Below the pieces are notes generated by a model, which saw nothing but the letters and a program-made list of their open reading frames with translations, searched no databases and was not told the DNA's origin. From positions 434,001 to 498,000 of the forward strand of contig JBLDXI010000001.1 in NCBI GenBank assembly GCA_047495785.1: a DNA stretch of 64,000 nucleotides, written 5' to 3'. The position numbers were made by a program, and so were the translations under genes. Source of the stretch: Lepidodermella squamata. Lineage: Eukaryota > Animalia > Gastrotricha. Shown here one piece after another: positions 39,891-53,534 of this stretch. Each line of letters starts with the position of its first letter. Position 1 is the first letter of the stretch.

Positions 39891-42689
39891 CTATTTAGTA
39901 TCGGCAATCATTTCACCTTCTGTTTGGCTGGTCGAAATAGGCGGGATGACGATGGGAAGCGAGTTTTGGGGTTGATCCGATTCCGCTTGCTTATCGAGGC
40001 TTTGAGGGCCGCCCATCTGTCGACGCGGCGCCGTCTTTTTGCGATCAATCTTCATCGACAGCATCTCGTCGGGGTTGTACTGCTCCGAGCCGTTGCTGCT
40101 GTCGAGGTCAGGAATGACAATCGGCGTCACGATCGGCTCTTGCTGCTGCAAGTTTCAAATAAAAGTATGAAAAATCAATTACGAAAATAAATATAATTTC
40201 GTGTCAATATTTTAACAGATTCAAGTTTTTAAAAGGGCCAAAGTTGAATTCGAAACCTGATAAACTGCACTTTGTGTCGCCCTGAGATTGTACTGCTGAT
40301 TGCGGCCGTTATTGCCCATTATCCGACCGCCATTGTTCTGGCGAAAATGACCAAAATTGCCGTTGTTATTTCCATTGCTATTATTATTGTTGTTCAAACG
40401 CGGCTGCATGTTATAGTGGTGATTGTGCTGGCTCTGGTGTTGGTGATGGTTGACGGCGCCGGCAAACGAAGAGTAGTTGTGCATTCGGCCGTAGCGATCG
40501 CTGCCGTTCCGCCGCGGCATGTTGTTATTCTGGTTGTTCTGGTTGTGGAATCGACGCGGTAGGTGCGGATTCTGCTGGTTGCCCGAAAGCATTGGCTGAT
40601 CACTTGCAGACGATGATTCCGAGACATTGGTGTTACTTCTCCGGCCATTCGCCTGATTGCCGCCGTTCGACCAGTGATTACCGTTTCGATTGCCGTTGCC
40701 GACCCAATTATTCATATCGTTTCGGCGCGAGGAGTTGAATTGAGGTTGATTTTGTTGGCTGGCATTAGCCGAGTCGTTTTGATGTTGCACCGCCGGGATC
40801 TGGACGTGAGGGAAGGTTGGAATCACAACAGCCCTAGGTGCGGTGACCAGCAACTTCTGAATTTCTTGCTGTGCTTGGGGAGGTAAAAATTGATTAGATG
40901 CCATCGGTAGAACCTAGAAACATTACGAATGAGAGTTAAGTTTATAATTGTAATAATTAATACTAACCGATCGATGAAGCTCATGAGCGCGGCGCTCTGC
41001 CGCTTCGATATCGATTACATCGTGATGAGCAGCCAAACCGGGAAAGGCATGATGCATGTGAGGCGGGAGAGGATGGGGCCGTTGATGCAACGGATTAACC
41101 ACACCACGAGCGGGGCCTAGCCCGTTGTGCAGTTTTATGAACAGCGAGGGTGATGTACTCAAAGACTTGTCGTCCGGTTCATCGCCGTAGTTCGAAAGTG
41201 ACGATTCTCCGTCACCAGCATTTGTTCCACAGTCACTTGCAGGGCCGATCGGGGCGCTGTTTGTTCGGCTATGCAGGCCGCCTTCCTTGCTATCATCATC
41301 ATGCTCGAAGCTGTCGGTGTTGCAGTTGCCTTCGTCGCTCGAGGTATCCGAGCTGACCCAATCCATTGGTTTGTCATCGCAATCCGTGCCGTAAAGATGA
41401 ACCAGCTCGATAAAGTGACGTTCAGCCCAGACTCGGTGGAAAACGGTCTCAGGATGGACCGACATGACCGAACTGAGAATGCTTGGGACGAGAGCTCGCT
41501 CTGAATTGGCCACAGAACTTGGCCGAATCAGCGATTCGAGTTCGCAATAAGCGAAATGAAAAGCGGCTTGAATTTTTTCGAAAGCGAATGATCCTCGAGT
41601 GACATCATTCTCTTTGTTGAATGGGTCAACCACTGAAAGCATGTGCTGCTGCTGAGGGTTATCGGGGTCCCAGTCGCGGCGAGCGAACCGAGATCCTGCC
41701 CCGGTTGGGTCAATGCCAACACATCTGTAGTTGAAGTTGATGCCGTAAAGCTCCAAAAATTCCAACAGCAGGACGCCAAGATTGGCAGTTGGAGCTCTAG
41801 CATCCTGCCCTCGCTCGTGAAGTTGAAAGAAATTTATTAGCATTAAAATCAGGCCATAAGATGAGAGGCCTCCGTGAAAGACTTCATTCAGTTCTCGATG
41901 TGCAATAAACTGTTTCAACACGAAAGCTAAAGGTCTGAGGGTGTGGAACCGTGTTTGCCAGTCATTCACAAATTTGACCGCATGGATACTCGCAGCTGCA
42001 CTGAATGTTATGTCAACGCTCAGTTTGGTGCGAAGTTCGGTCAATTTAACGATCGGAACTTGAGCCTTGTCGATAACGACGCTATGCGCTTCATCTGTCA
42101 CATTGCGGGCGATTAGAGCTTGCCGTAGTTTAACCAGAGATTCGACAGCAGTCGGGTGGCTTGGTTCGTGATGCCCATCAGCTATGTCGTCATCGTGTAA
42201 ACCAGATACGACTATGTCCAAGTCGCTAGTCGGGAGGAAAAGTTTAGTACGAGTACTGCCGAATACACGAACTTTTGCAGCCGGCCATACTTCCTTTACC
42301 ACTCTCTTGATTTGCTGCACTATTCTGCAGCGTAACCGGATTTCCCAGTTCCGAGGGCATAGCCACTGGTAAAGGTCATTTATTTCTTCGTGGAGACCAA
42401 TTATATCATTGGTATAAAGTTTCGATTTGGTCCACGGCACCATTCCGATAACAGGCGATGGATTAGTGGGGTCGATGCGGGCAGGTTGCTGTTTTCTTTT
42501 AGACAATCGATTGTCGTCAACAGGTACCAGAGAGTGTTCACCAGGCCGCTTTTTCTCTCTTTTTTTGTCAGCATTACGTTCACTGTCTTCCGTCCAGCTC
42601 TTTTTCAATTGCATGAATACATCATTGTCAGCTACGATATTCCACAGAATATGAGCAGGCCCGATCGGTTTCCGAGCATGACGTTCCAT
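39891..42689 (-). CDS. TENT4: Non-canonical poly(A) polymerase, Trf4/PAPD5/PAPD7 family
   Basis: GLHEEI, catalytic VFGS..TKLFLPTSDLDIVV, VPIVK, ELNEVFHGGLSSY, NLGVLLLEFLELYG and DPFNKENDV. Three exons with an N/Q/H/G-rich C-terminal region. Confidence 0.93.
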
Positions 42690-45600
42690 AAATCAATATC
42701 TACCAGCAGAGGACGTATTATAAGACGAAATCACTGACAAACTTAAAGGCTTGAAGCCTAAAATGTACAGCACATTCCAATGAGAAAACATTCTAAGCTT
42801 GATACTAATACTTCGATTCTAGGAGATGGCGTTGCATGCAACAAGGCCGCACATTTAAGACACTGGCTCTTAGTAACCCTGCGCTTTTGACATAACGGAT
42901 GGCGTCATAAGCGTATCAAATATAACGGCCTCAGGCGTCAAAACAGGTTTAACAGCAATGTTGGCAATGATCGATTGGTCCATCGAATCAACCATTATTG
43001 AGATTTTCAGAGATTAAGATAAAAATCAACATGTTCCAGACAAAAATGTAGGAGAATCAGGAGAAGCAGTTCGACGAAAAAAACATATCCTTATATCTTT
43101 TACTCGAAACTATCAAAACGTTGACAGTAATGTATAGAGTGACAGACACTTCTCACAGTCGCAGTGCCAATGACCGTAGAATAAAGATCGAGACCGCCAT
43201 ACGGCTGACAAAAAAACGCATGCATAGGGCCTTAAGCCTTGTGCGCCTCGTAAAACCGATTGATTGAAACGCCCGAAGCCCCAAGTTCCTAGCCTGATAT
43301 GGTAGCTAAAGGCGTCACCAGTTTGCGAAGAAAAATGCCCGCGCGGGAAGCATGGCTAACTGTGTGAAGACCGTTGTCGCTGCAAAATAATTCGAATAAA
43401 ATTGTTTTATTACCAATAGTGCAAATTACTTGATTTTACTCATTTTTATATCAAAGGAATAATACATTTTACCGCAGTAGAATATCGCGACCTTGCAATT
43501 TTCGTGTTTGTGAAGTTTTGAGTTTTGAGGAAGACAGGCGCAGCCTTGGCAAGCTAGATTACTGCTAACTATTAAAAATAAGTAATGACTGCTCTGAAAA
43601 GGCGTTTTGACCGGAAAACCAATTTTTCTGTCTTCGATCAATCCACCTGGTGGACCATTGAGGGCATTAATCACCATGCACCTTGTTTTTATCTAGCGAT
43701 GCACGCTGCGACAGAAGTCCGCGATTCGCTCGTCGTTCGCAACTAATATACAATGTTTGTACTATTCGTATCCTTCGTAAGGCAGCTTGTAACATCCAAA
43801 TTGACAACGTATTTTGATTTACGGCGGAATGGAATTTTTCGCTTTGTGAATTTAAAACTGAAAATCAGTCGACATAAAATCAAGATTAGGAGGCAGAGCT
43901 AGCATAAAAGTCAGTCGAATTCCGACAGGAAACGAAAATCTGACAGGCTCTGGAGCTTAAAGCTCTAAGACTGGAATGGCTGTCTATGTTGTTATTAGCA
44001 GGATTTCATGTTACATGCTGATCAGTTATTTTCTTTCATCGCTTTGATTGGATTGAAAACGCTGAGAATAGCGTTAAAAATGATCAATTTGACATGATTT
44101 TGCATTGTCGAATGACGCGTGAACCTTAGGGGGTTGGCGAAGGTTTCCGGATGGAGTATTCAGCGATATACTATTGGCGAGTAATCAGTCGAGCACAACA
44201 CGCAATGAGATTCGAGATCCACAGGTAAATATTACACAAAGAAATGTACAGTTAAGGTCGTTTGGATTTGAAAAGTTGGTGGCTGTTCCGAATATCTACC
44301 GGCTAAAGAAATCCGGTCCATATGACTAAATCCAGTCCACTATCTAAATGGCCAGTTTTAGCGGCGAATCTGTGGTGAAATTTTTTAACAAAGGTTGAGA
44401 TCGAATTTACTTCAAGAATATAATAAAATGTCATGGTGCAAGGTGCATGGTTCAATTTTCGCAAACAACATGACAGACCAGGGACGAAGAAACCTGATCT
44501 GATGATAATGCTGATGATAATGGTTTTCGCGTGAACTTTCTCTTCACCTCCGTCTCAAAGAAGCTCACCGTTGCAACGCGTTCGTCCTGAAAACTCTTTG
44601 AAATCGGTAACTATCGGTAATGGTGTTCCATAGCAAGCCGGATTTCCATCATATCACCTAGCTTTCTGAAATTTTACTCAACATTTTAAATGGCAAGTGG
44701 TTGCTGATTGTGCAACAAGAAGCCTGTTTTTCGAATGTGCGAATAAGCTTCGCGTCTTCGCTGGCTTGAAAGTTTTTCGCTGAATTTACCAAGATAACGA
44801 AACTAAGAACCATAATGCTTTATTCTCAATGCTGGCTTTAGAAAAACAGGCAAACATTGCTACCAGACATTAATGGGATTCGGTGACCAGATTATGCAGT
44901 TAATTTCAGTTTTAATCATGACAGCAAATCCAGCAAAATCCAATAACAGCCGCACGAGATTTCTCAAATCGCAGTCAAAACCACATCGAAAATATTGATG
45001 CCACACTCGCTTTTTCGCTCGCATTTTAATAAAAAACCATTTCGTCCCGTTTCGCATAACAGTGAATAAATTTAGCAGAAATATATAGGTAAAGATATGT
45101 TGTCGGTAAATAATAAGGATAACTATTACTATTATCATCGTAGGAAATTTCCAAAGGAAATTCAGCTTATAGCGCGTTTTTACATCTCAGATTTCACACA
45201 TGACGTTTCTTTAAGCTGTATCAATTCGAAAGTATAGTAAGAATAGCAGCCTTTCGTGTCGCGCACAAGAAAAGAAGAAAACAAGAATGTTATTTATGAA
45301 AACTGAAAATCAGGAGTAAATAGTAGTTTTTATCTTTACACGAAGATTCAGCTGATTCAAATATCGAAAAAATGTCTGCTATCGCACCAAAAAAATTAGA
45401 GCAGCTGAGTAGAAACCAGCAGCACCTCAGAATATCAGCTGATTTCGGAAAAGCCAGTCAGACCTCAAAATACGGAGCGAAAAAAAACAAAAAAATACAT
45501 ATTATACATTTTCAACTGCCAAAAATTAATAACGTTAAGGAAGATTCGCTCGCTCCGCATAAAAAACTGAATCCAGAATAACAACATTATGAAACGACTA

Positions 45601-46085
45601 TTTACAAGTATGTATAATTATGGTGATTTCGCTGAATAGAATGATTAGTATCCAAGGTAGATATTTACAGAATGAAACAAAGGTAACAATGGTGCTGTGT
45701 CTCAAAGACCGAAAAAGGCGACAGCGCCGCATGTTAACGCCAAGTGTGTATTATATATAATACTAGAGCTTTGCCGAAAAAACACGTTCAATAAGAAGAT
45801 GGAAACAAAACAAAATGAAGATTCGATTTGTTCAGATATGGGACGCGGCCAAGAAGAAAATGACGACACAGATTTGTTTCGTGTTATGAAAACAAAGAAA
45901 ATATGTAGTGGAAATCAAAAAAACAAAAACTGATTACATAGATGACATTCAACCTCGATAAATTCATCATAACCATAATCGTTGAGCAGTTCAAAAAATC
46001 TTTAATGTATCACCGGAAGTTTTGACGTGATTAGGCAAAAGCTTTCCTCTCACACGTCTTGTGTCCCTTTTTCGCTGTGCAATAG

Positions 46086-49000
46086 CTACTCGATGAAGTT
46101 GGCGTGTTCGTCGAAGGCGATGCCCGACTCCATGGCCTGGGCGCGGCGGATGCGAAACTGCTCAGCAGCGGCCAGCATACGGTGGTGCTGCTGGAAACTC
46201 GAGATCGCCTCCACATTTTCGACGACGCCAACGACAAAGCGCCGCTTCTGGGCATGACGCGAACGGTGCATCTGACGGGCTCGCTCCAGCAGCGTAATCA
46301 GCTGACCTTGCTGTTCGCTTTCGTTGGCTTCTAAAAGAATAAAATTGATACATTAGCTCACGTTAGTTCACGGTTTATAGATTATTTTTGAAACTAATAA
46401 TGAGGACATTTCAGGTGACGCTAAATCTACCATGCCGAAAAAATCGATAGTATCGAAAAAAGGAGGGAACCTAGCTCATCTTATCATCAATTTGACCTTC
46501 GATTGCGGCTTTACCAGCAATCTTGAACAATTTTTCATTATTTCTCAACTAAAAATGTGAATAGAAAAGTGGATAATCAACTTCGAATAAAAGAGATCAG
46601 GTTGTGACGCCCAATGCCATGATTCAACTAGAACTTCAAATATAATTGAAAATAACGGAGAATTTTATCCCAAGTCGAAACAATTGCCATCGGGTTTTTC
46701 AGTGAAATCGGTAAAAAATGCATCTAGTACTTTTAGGCTTATAAAATGGGTAGCTATTCGTACATAACTATGTACGCAGAAATTGCTATTCGTACATAGT
46801 TTTTCGCGATTTTTCAGAGTTATTCGAATGGGTGTGAAAATTCGACATTTGACGATGATAGCATGGAATTTCACAGGGAGATGCAGAAAAGTGAGGCCTA
46901 TCTAGTGGTCAAATTTCGTCAGATTATCTTTCAAAGTATTCAGGCTAGGGTCGTGACAAACAATTCAAATAATGCTACTTTGCTACTCTACCAAAGGGGG
47001 TCCAATGGTGATTTTTTGAGGGGAGATAGGCCTGATGGTCAGCTATCAGCACACACAAAATTAGATTGATGGGATGAAAATTGAGCCAGTCGTTCACCTT
47101 AGAAAAAAGCATATCGAAACTATGTACGAATAGCAATTTTCGCGTACATAGCCATGTATGAATAGACATTCCGTATAAAAATACTAAAATTCTCTGCGAA
47201 ATTCATAAGTAATTGTGCAATTTATGAGACTGTAATCGAAGAAATTCAACATTTCCCCACAAGTTGATTCAATTAGAATGAGTCTACTTCATAACATAGA
47301 AAGTCGGTTCTGATGACCCTGATTTTGTTTACCTGGATCGGATGCCGATTTCTTGAAAGCCTTGATTATCTTGCGGAAGCAGGCGGCGAACTTGTGGAAA
47401 ACCAGTCCGACAGCCATTCGAAATTTAGCCATAGTCAGGCAGTAGATGAAGCAATTGATCGTGTGATTGCAATCCGCCAGCCAGTTCAAGATGCTGTCGC
47501 GCGTCGTCATGTCATCGTTACCGTCGTTGTACTTGTTCAACTCGATGAAAATGTGGTGAACCGACAGCGGCATCGTTAACCCAATGAAAATCGTAGGCAA
47601 CGCCAGCAGCGTCAGCCAGGCGAATATCAAGCGACGCCGGCGACGGGCCTGTTTCTTGTGGTAGACAATGCACGCCTGATTCACCGGCTGTGTCTGTTGC
47701 GCCGGAACCGGCTGCAACGGCATAGCGGCGGGGATGGTTTGCAGCGGCGACATCGAACCAGCCACGGTGGTCGTCGCGGTTGCTTGCGTTCCCTGCCCGG
47801 TCGAAGACAGCGAGGTCAGACGACGGAAGGCGAACACGCGACGAGTCGCACCCAGGGGCGGAGCGTACCAGATGAAGCGAATCGTGTGCACGACGATCCA
47901 GCCGTTCAGAACAAGCAGGATCAACGCCGGCAGCCAGCAGCACTTGATCTCAGACAGAAACGGCCAGGCGTCGGTCCACTTGTCAGCGAGAAACGAGGCG
48001 GTCGACACGGCTCGAGTTGAAGCCGTCGACGTCTCTACCGTCGTATTAGTCGACTCAGTGCCATTGCGGTACATGGGAAACGTCATATTATCCCTTGCGA
48101 AATAGTTGACCGCGTTCACGATCATTAGGGCGCCACTGACGATGAAGAACGTTTCGAGTTGAGCTGAGCGGCGCTTGAACGTCGCGAAACCAAACAGGCC
48201 GAGCTGCGGCGATGTAGGTACCCTTGTCGCCGTCCTACGAGGGGGTGACGAGATGTGGCCATGATGGTTGTGGTTCCAGCACACACTTTTCCAACGCTCG
48301 ATAGCTATAGATAAATTAAAGAAAAATTAAATCATAAAATAGAATTTTAGTAAAAACAGAATATCTTTCACCGGAACAAAAGTCGAAATATGCCATGCGT
48401 CATTTTTTGAATAATTCTACGACTTTTAGGCGAAGAATGAGTGAATTGAACATACTGTCTTGTAGAGAATATTACACTAAATTTACTGGTGATTTTTCAA
48501 GAATTATTGTGGTCAATCTTGACCCGCAAGAAATATCCGAAAAGTGATTTCAGGCCACTGGAAAATTCCAAAATTTGGTTCCGGTAAAAGAAGGCCCTTG
48601 TACTAAAAAATCTTAATTTTCCGCCGACTCAATCTTACAAAAATGCATACTTTTCAAGCCAATAACACAATTCAGTGGTTCTCAAACATGTTCGCCCCCG
48701 GCCAAAAATCGCCTGAAGATTTATAACTAAAATCAGCGAGCGAAGCGACAACTTCTGTTTAGGAAATTGTGGCTGTTTATTATTCTGATATGGCCGATTT
48801 TGCTGGAAATTTGCAAACACTTTGTAAAATCCTGAATTCCTACATACGCATGGTAAAATTTTGCCATTGGGAAATTTCATTTCTCCAATGCTAGCCATAG
48901 AGTATTCCCTTATTATTGCCTACGAAAGAGCCGTCCGGCCGCACGCAATGCAGGAGATAGGCAAACTTTTCAAAGAAAGCTAAAGAAATGAAACAACATA

Positions 49001-49722
49001 AATCGAAGAAAATAATACAGCATCCCCAGTTTGTAAAAATAACTCGTGCATCATAAAATAAATTGCCAATGGAATTTCATTGAAATTCAACTTACCGATG
49101 AAAACGATGAGCCAAGCACTCAGATCGCGGAGAATGTTTAGAATCCAACTTTCCAGATTGGGATTGACGCGGCCTTCCTTGAAGAAAGTCGTAAGGTAGA
49201 AATCGAAGGGCGCCTCCAATTCGATGAGAAAAGTGAGACAGCCTGTCATGTCGATTGCGCACAAGGCGACGAGGTAGAACCAAAACGGATGTGACAAGAA
49301 GTGACGGTAGCACAGCAGAATTGCCAGCGAGAAGGCATTGCCACAAAACCCGACCAGCAACTGCAGCACTTGCATAATAGGCATGATCTGTAAAATCATA
49401 GCAAAGCTATAAATTTTTCATGTCTGAAAACAAAAATCACGGCGCGACTAATTACGGAAACAGCAGCTTCCTCTTAAAAGCGCGACCGTTGCCAAAAAGT
49501 GAGACATGTCAAGTTCAAAAAACACACCTTCTCTATAGGATCATGAAAATCGATCGGAAAACCGGTCGACGAAGTACTAGGCGGGAGCGACGAGCCATTA
49601 AACGAGGACAACGTGGTTGTGATGTACTCGCTAATATTACTACCATTTCCACCGCCGGTAAAAGTGGTCGAATTAGGATTACCGGCGGTCGTATTGAAGA
49701 AAGATGATTCAATCGTTGACAT
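46086..49722 (-). CDS. Class A (rhodopsin-like) orphan peptide-receptor-type GPCR
   Basis: N-glycosylated Ser/Thr-rich N-terminus; TM1 VGFCGN; TM2 YLVALCAID; TM3 LSAWLIVFI|AIERW; TM7 NHTINCFIYCL. A last exon at 46333-46086 joins in frame; unspliced, the frame stops at 47289. Confidence 0.85.
46754..47165. mobile_element. MITE-like element in the last GPCR intron
   Basis: About 50-bp inverted arms built from CTATTCGTACATA units (46754-46803 versus 47117-47165). Related ATTCGTACA motifs occur near 18898 and 35712. Confidence 0.7.
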
Positions 49723-51042
49723 ATTGTGAGTTTCGTAAGATTTTTATCATGAGCAGGTACCGAAAGTAATCAGAAAAGAGCATTTACAACGATGCTTGTA
49801 ATTTCACTTTAAACTGTTTTTCCTTCAAATTATCTATGGGACAGAAAAAGTATAAGAAATCAAGAGCTAATTAACCGCTTTTTCTGCCAAAGACATATGT
49901 TCATTGTTGTACCTCTACCTAAAATCCAAATGCACAAAAAATATTAATAATAATGGTATTACACGAGGAGAGAATCATGAAGTAGAATCCTAGCCAAAAT
50001 GCCAGGTAATAATCGTAAAAAAACCGTGTTGGTTTTTACGGCTAATAATAATAAAATTTGGCTGGTAATAAAATGGGTGAGCGGCAGGGGAGACGGCCAG
50101 AGAAAAAGGAGGGACGCACGCGTGCTGCTCAGACGGCAACAGCAGTAGGGTTTTCGACAGACGGCCAGAGAAAAACTAACCAGCAGCAACAGGAGGGTCG
50201 CTTTGCGAAAAATACACGCACACACATAGACATGGCACGGGCAGGCAGTCGTAATGATTAGCAGCCTGAACTTGTCGTCGTCCGCATCAATGTACTGGGG
50301 CGCACTTCACTACTAAATGCACGTGGTGTTGGTGGGGCTATTGCATTTTGTAGGAAATGAGCGCAGCCAAAATCATTAACATCAAAACTAACATGACTTC
50401 TACGCGCAGTGGGTCGAGGCCGCCCGTCTGTGCCTCTAATAAAACGCAGACTAGCACCAATAAAACGCAAACGCCGCACAACGAAAAACGAAAAAGAATC
50501 GCAGCCAAACTGACGCGCCCGGCAGTTATGACAGCCGACTGAAAGGCCAGGCCATGGCAGGTACAATTTTACCTCGAAAACCTGTCGACACGATCGACAC
50601 GAGAAATAATGAGGCAATAAAGTGTGGAACAAATGAATAAAAGCGTCTGCATTTGCAAAGAAAAGAGGAAGGAATTATAACGATTGTTCTCGTGAAACAT
50701 GTTGTCAAGCAAGAAGTCAGGCCAGCCATTTTTTTTTAACCCCGCGCCGAGTTCGGACTGAGAACATTTTCGTGTGGGGTGGCGTTATTTGGCGCGAGGT
50801 TTAAAGTCCATCAACGAACATGAAAACGTGCTGTTGTGACCAGTGGTCAACATACGATATCCAAAGAGAGTGACGAGCTGTTTTTTAATCGCTTCGCACT
50901 CGATAAACATCATAAAAAAACATCAAAACAAAGTGACCGATTTTTGCGCACCACAATATTATTTAAGCCCAAAAAAATGAGCATTCGATTCACGTGACTC
51001 GCTATCAATTAGTTTATTACCCAATTAATGATGACAATATAA

Positions 51043-52672
51043 TTATAAGAAACCATATTCACGCTTGTCGAGCTTTTTCTGCTTCGACATAGATTTGAGG
51101 CGTGCCTCGACGAATGGCCGCACAGAGTCATCGATGGCCATTTCATAGATCGCTTCACGCGGCACTGTTGATGGAAATAAAACTTTGGCGGCACTGATTG
51201 ATTTTGGACTGAGCGCAACCATGTTTGCCCTAGTAAAATCGAGGCCAGCGTTGAGACATTTCAGCTCGGGCTGACCGAGCCGCTGAATAACAGCGGTATT
51301 TGTTTCAGCTGCCGCTGTACCAACGATGAAAAGCAAGCGGTCCGAAAATTCGACTAAACTGGGTTGATATCGAAACATGCCTAGAAGAAAAAAATTAGCA
51401 AATGCGTCTTAATTATTTCTTTGCCCTGGTTTCCGAAACGGACCTTCATTCAGTTCGTGAACCCCGCGGATGAGTTCATGTTTATCCATCAGTGATAACT
51501 GAGCCGGCACACAATTTCTGATCATCGACAACCATTTTCTAACCGGAAGAACCGCTGGTAAAATGTCAATAGCCCAATGTACATTGAACCCGGCTGTATG
51601 CATTGCTGATAAAACGGCCCGAGAAGTCGGACACTCTGTGTTCTTCAAAAAATCAAGGCCGCTGGCGAAAAGTGGCAACGTTGTCGCGTCACCGGGCCGT
51701 ACAATGCACAGCACTTTACCGGTATCGGTAAGCGATTTTTTAACATGATAAAAAAGCCGCTCGAGGTCGCTTATCGACATGCCGGGTGCACAAACTTCGC
51801 TCCAATTGATGATGATGTGCTGAAAGTGACACTCTTGATTGCGCGATAGCATTTGAAAGTAAAGCTGAATCGGGCAGGATATCCTGTAGTCACCCTGACC
51901 AAGAGGCGCAGGCGTGTGCTCACCTGGGATCACTTGATTTGCAGTCGGCGGAAATGAAACAAACGTTATGTGCTTGAAGAGGGAAAATTTCTTCTCTATA
52001 AAAAAAATATTGATTTTAAGTCGATAAATTATCGATCGATTTTTTCCGCGAACCTAACGAGGCTGGAATCGAACTCCTGCTATCACCATAGTAGCATATG
52101 TCATCGACAGCCATGATGTCCATGTAGCGATGAACTCGTTCGTAAATATTGTGATCATAAACAAGACCGAATGAAGCTTGACCACCGAATAGTACCAAGT
52201 CATCGATTGCCTTGACAGTAGTCAAATCTGTTCCCGGAGCGATTTGAATTTTTTGAGGAGGAGGGGGGTGAGCTGCAACCTCGGCAGCAGCTGCCATTTT
52301 AGCTATCCGGTGATCTGAATTCGGATTAGCTTGTTGCGTCGGCACTAATTGGGCGTTCGAGGCGTTTGTATTTAAACTCTGGCAACTGTTGCTAGCAACC
52401 AAGGCTGTCGATGTTTGAGCCGGTGGCGGTGTTGAATTGCGACTGCTCAGCAAACTGGTTCCAGCGCTGCAATAGTACGCCTCCGCGTCAGCGTCGACTT
52501 GGTTCGGGGCGGTTCCAACCTCCTCTGAAAATCGAACAACCCTCGCTGGTAGGTCGACGCTCGATGATAGAGGACGGTGTCGAAGCTGGTGGTTCAACAT
52601 GTGCGGAGTGGGCGATCTATTTCTATGTTCGGATTTTCGCCTGTGATCGTACGGCTGGTGTAGAGGTATCAT
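51043..52672 (-). CDS. Uncharacterised protein with a degenerate class I SAM-methyltransferase-like fold
   Basis: Three exons splice in frame through short GT-AG introns. DDICYYG, FQHIII, VKKSLTDTGKVLCI and MHTAGF recall methyltransferase strands, but there is no GxGxG motif. Disordered N-terminus. Confidence 0.6.
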
Positions 52673-52904
52673 TTTCGCTATTTTTTATGCCTAAAAAAAC
52701 TGCATAAGAATTGTGAAAAAAACCAACGAGAAAAATTGACAGGTGTGCCTTTTAGTCCGATCTCTCTTTGCAATAAGAAGGTAGGAAGCTTCGCGTTTAA
52801 AGAAAATATACTGTGCGTCATGCGAATTGTTTTCATCAATAAAAAAGCGCGCGCGTGCGTACACATTGCGGCCATTGACAAGGTGGGAGCGAGGACACGC
52901 TCTG

Positions 52905-52919
52905 GTCTCCCTTGGCAAC
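52905..52919 (-). promoter_or_regulatory. RFX X-box-like motif
   Basis: GTTGCCAAGGGAGAC on the minus strand, about 235 bp upstream of the ATG at 52672. Confidence 0.5.
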
Positions 52920-53534
52920 GCCTATATTAACCGCATGTGATAGTCGTTGTTTGGTGTTATTCTAATAATGGGCGCGGCCATTTCACAGTAGCCATCTTAA
53001 TTATTAATGACTGTTGTGACAATTGAAGCTCGGCAATCGTGTCATTCAGAACACACATGTTTCTAAATTATTAGCTACCAATTTTAGTGATTGCGATAAC
53101 TGTCGAGATTTATAAAATAAATTGGTCGAACTTCCAGGGTAAAACTAAATGCCCAGACATATTGAATATCATGTAGATCATGTTTTATGTGGGTTGTTTT
53201 TTGAATAAATAATTCAATCACATTCGATGTGCTAATGAGTTCTTACCTAAATCTAAGGTGACAAAAACAACCGAATTACAGCGTACATAAGCTTCCCGTA
53301 CAAGTGGAAAGCACCTCGGCAACACCGGCTCTCGACAATTATTGCTATAATCAACGGTGACTTGAAGTGCGCGAGCACACCTTAGCACCTGGAAGCCTAG
53401 AAACTGTCCGTGACAAAGTACATACGCATTACAACAATAAGTTCAAATTTATTACTTGTGTTCTATCGCATTTTAATTCGATAAAGCAGAGATAATTTAT
53501 GGTAAAAAAAGTGTCAAGAAAATTATTCAAATAT

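Noticed and set aside
43100-45200. Possible hidden gene between TENT4 and the GPCR 3' UTR
   Set aside because: The frames I tried gave no recognisable protein or consistent exon chain; left unannotated.
49959-50729. ORFs upstream of the GPCR
   Set aside because: Low-complexity translations with no homology cues; more likely 5' UTR or regulatory sequence.
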